The position numbers and the translations under genes are program-made. Below are positions 60,801 to 64,000 of a stretch of 64,000 bases of DNA, piece after piece. This stretch comes from Bugula neritina. Lineage: Eukaryota > Animalia > Bryozoa. The notes under the pieces are model-generated. The model was not told the DNA's origin and ran no database searches. It saw only the letters and a list, made by a program, of their open reading frames with translations. The stretch covers positions 11,728,698-11,792,697 of the forward strand of contig OZ037765.1 of NCBI GenBank assembly GCA_964035545.1, given 5' to 3'. Within the stretch, counting starts at the first letter, position 1; the number at the start of each line of letters is the position of its first letter.

Positions 60801-63585
60801 TGAACACATAACAGCTTAGGTTTTGCTCAGGCATTTTAAATTAAAGTTCTTTTATATAGCTGCAGGGATAGCCTTCATTTTTAGGTTTACAAAACTTCAA
60901 CATAACCGTTAAGAATTTAGATCATTCCACAATCAGGAAAACTCTCTATTTTTAACTAGCTTGCAAAAATGAATTCTATACCTAGAAGTTAAGTCATGGT
61001 GAAAGATTATTCAATAATATGATTCTTTGACCCAATACCTAATGTGAAGGTCATTGCTGATAACTAAATTATCACATTCCTTGTAGCGCTTCACTGTTTG
61101 GCTTTAAGCCAACAGTTTAGTACTGTTTATACTTTATATAGTTAAATACTGCTTGTTTAATACTTAATACTGTTTATTCTTTATATAGCAGTAATAACAC
61201 TGTAAACATTTTTCAACTCTTGTCAAACGGAATATTTGCAATATTGATTTCAAAAGTATTATCAAACAAGTATATAGATTTATTATGTTTTAGCCATGAT
61301 TATCTTCTATAAAATAAGAGGTAAAAGTAGCATAGCTGACTTAAGGTAGTTTGCTAAGAGTAACCTTATACTTTATATTAAATGAAGCTGTTTACACACC
61401 TCACCATTGATTTTCTGCCATAATAATGGCCACTCATATGCAAACAATGTTCTTAATTTGCACGGCATACTCAGAAAAAGTTACCGAAATTTGAGTCTTG
61501 GTTGAATACCTAATTTAGCTCAGAATGAACGACCCAGACTGAGTATGCCATACAATTTTCAATCACAAAGATTTGCTTTCAGCTGTTCACTCAAGCATTT
61601 AGCCTGCCAGCCTAATTGTATACACCCAGCCACCATGAATAATTTCATTTATAGTTATTTGAGCACCAGTGCTCCATCATTATTAGGACTTGGGCACTAC
61701 TAAGCCACTAACTGTGCAACAGCTAAGTTGCATTATTAGCTAAGATATGATACTTTTGCTGGCTGTTCGATTGGAGGGTGTAAAATGTGAAGAAGGCACC
61801 ACTGCTTAGTTGTAATTGCTGCAAGTCCACACCTCAAGTTGAGTTGATAATTCAACATTTAATTTTATCAGTAAGGAGCTAATTACCCAACGGATTTTCA
61901 GTAATATCATATCTATTGGTGGTCACTAGCCACCATGTTTGAGCTAGTGTTCTGAAACAAAGAAGCAAACATTTGAAGGCCAGATAAACTTACGATTAGT
62001 TTTAATAACGTTTCTGCAAGATTGTAAATGCCAACCTTTCTGATATGAATGTGATATGATTTGTTCAACATCGTCGGCAAAACCCATATCCAACATCTGA
62101 TCCACTTCGTCTAAAACAACATGCTGTAGTTGCCCAGTATTGAGTTTGTTTTTGTTAACCCAGTCTAAAATTCGGCCAGGCGTACCTATTAATATGTCGA
62201 TACCATTCCTCAATGCTTGTTCTACAATAAGGAAAATCAATAATAATTTCATTGTATGTAGCAACTATTAAGATGACTGGATTGATACCAAACCTTCATC
62301 AGTGAGAATTAATGCAAATATTAGTCAATACTCACAAAAATCATGTTGAAAAGCTGTAATTTGAACTACCTTGAGAGTGAAATGGTACTCCGCCATAGAA
62401 AGCATGTATACTAAGCAGTGTTGAGGTAGCAAGAGATTTAAAGTCCTTGCAAACTTGATTGACCAACTCTCTGGTAGGAGCCAAGACTATGACCTGCAGA
62501 TAGAATTGTCATATTTAATGTTCATCCGTAACCATGGAAACTTTCAATAAACTAATGTGTGGATAACTTGACAGCTAATGCAAAGCTCCCCAAATGTTGA
62601 CAGCAATTTTAAACAACTTTCAAACTCTGTGAGAGAGCATAAACACATAAGAGCCTACATTTTACCCAAACGAACTATTTCACTCATGAAATTTAAATTG
62701 TTTTGGAAACAAAGTGGACACTGTCACACTCAAATGAAAACATTGCCTTAAAGAAATTTATTCCAACCTGATAGTTGCATAAAAACAAACCCTTGGAGGA
62801 CGACCTCTGTTCTTTTGTGGTAGCTCAGTCTCCAGTTTCTCCACCAGCGGCAAGGCAAACGCTAACTGAAAAATTGAAAAGCATATTTGTACACATGGAA
62901 AAGATGTTTCTGTACAATCCTTGGAATAACTACTGTGCAAACATTGAGTTATAGTTATTATATGCGCACATGCAAAATTTGTTTTACTGCCAACATTAGT
63001 GCTGATGAGAAATCAATAATAAAAAAAACAAACTTATTTAAAAGATTAAATATATAACTTCTCATCAAATTTCCCAAATGAATGTTGCTTGTGATGACTG
63101 AATTGACTACACACAGTTATATTAACTATTTTTATTGAACCAGAAAAATCTAGGCATTTAATCTAACATTTATGTTACAACGAACCGTTTTGCCAGTGCC
63201 TGTTCTTGCCTTAGCTATCACATCTTTTCCCTCAAGAACTTTTTGGAATGTTTTCACTTGTACAGGGAACAAGTATTTTATACCTTTAGCTAAAACAGAA
63301 GAGTTTAAAAATACAATTAGTGCATTTTTTATATTTATAACAATAGTACCAAGTGATGGACTAAAAACTTCTGATATACAGCTAGCAACCTAGAAAGGAT
63401 AAAAGCACACCTTGAAGTTTTTCAATAGTTTTGGCACGAATTGGAAAGTTACTGAACTGGCCATCCTTGTGCTCACTGGGTATTTCATCTACCGCCTCTT
63501 TACCATTTTTTACAGATTGGTCTTCAGACTTTTCCGTTTTCTTAACTTTCTTTTTTTTCACAGCTTTATCTGGCGAAACATAGGC
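57872..63585 (-). CDS. DDX21: Nucleolar RNA helicase 2 (DDX21/DDX50 family); first exon(s) not resolved in the window
   Basis: Motifs [23 protein letters not shown] (DDX21/50 signature), [21 protein letters not shown], a GUCT-like C-terminal domain and a KKIKFD stop, spread over about 13 GT-AG exons. Confidence 0.93.
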
Positions 63586-64000
63586 CTGCAATATTTGTTA
63601 TATATTTTCAAAACTTTGTTGACCAATGAATATGAACACTAGCACAACAGTAGAAAAGTTGAAGAATGGAAAAAATAGGCAACAAGAATTTAAATAACAT
63701 CTAGAAATTCATCGCTCCAAAGAATATGTGACAATATGCCACAAGACCAGAGATGTGATTGTGAAGTCCAGTAACTTGCTCTTACAATGTGAAGTTTTCT
63801 TGTCAAAAACGTGAGCAATTTAAAAACCATACTATATTTTAGCAACATTTTAAATCTTTTATTCAACTTTAACAATATTAGGTTGATAAACCCAGTTTCA
63901 GATTTTTCGATGATGATTGTGATCAAACACAAGCAGCGTGAGAAAACAACACTAAAAGCACAAACAGTGGAATATCTTGCAACTATAATCTGCTCCAGAC

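Overview
This is AT-rich, intron-containing animal DNA, probably from a marine invertebrate; the species cannot be determined from sequence alone. Host genes in order: the 3' end of a furin/PCSK5-like membrane protein (+), a beta-lactamase-family protein that appears to lack its catalytic residues (-), ZNHIT6/BCD1 (-), tubby (-), EXOSC6/MTR3 (+), SNRNP25 (-), an IRF1/2-like factor with a perfect kappaB site upstream (+), and DDX21/50 (-, 5' end not resolved). The centre of the window (15139-30075) is a nested pair of related Ty3/Gypsy LTR retrotransposons on the minus strand. The inner element sits in the 3' LTR of the outer one, both have an ATAC target-site duplication, and both have a tRNA-Leu primer site. 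Each carries, in the env position, an extra gene for a C2H2 + C2HC zinc-finger / Arg-Ser-Pro-rich / coiled-coil protein that is not an envelope. In both elements a conserved phase-1 splice donor at gag codon 15 and a branch point plus acceptor before this gene predict spliced in-frame products of 276 and 278 aa. This candidate retrotransposon accessory/regulatory system is the main finding. The window also holds a 5'-truncated Penelope-like element in (TA)n with a minimal hammerhead ribozyme, a Mutator/foldback element with a 9-bp TSD, several MITEs, a 16-bp minisatellite and hexamer-periodic low-complexity tracts. All alignments and identity values were judged by eye.
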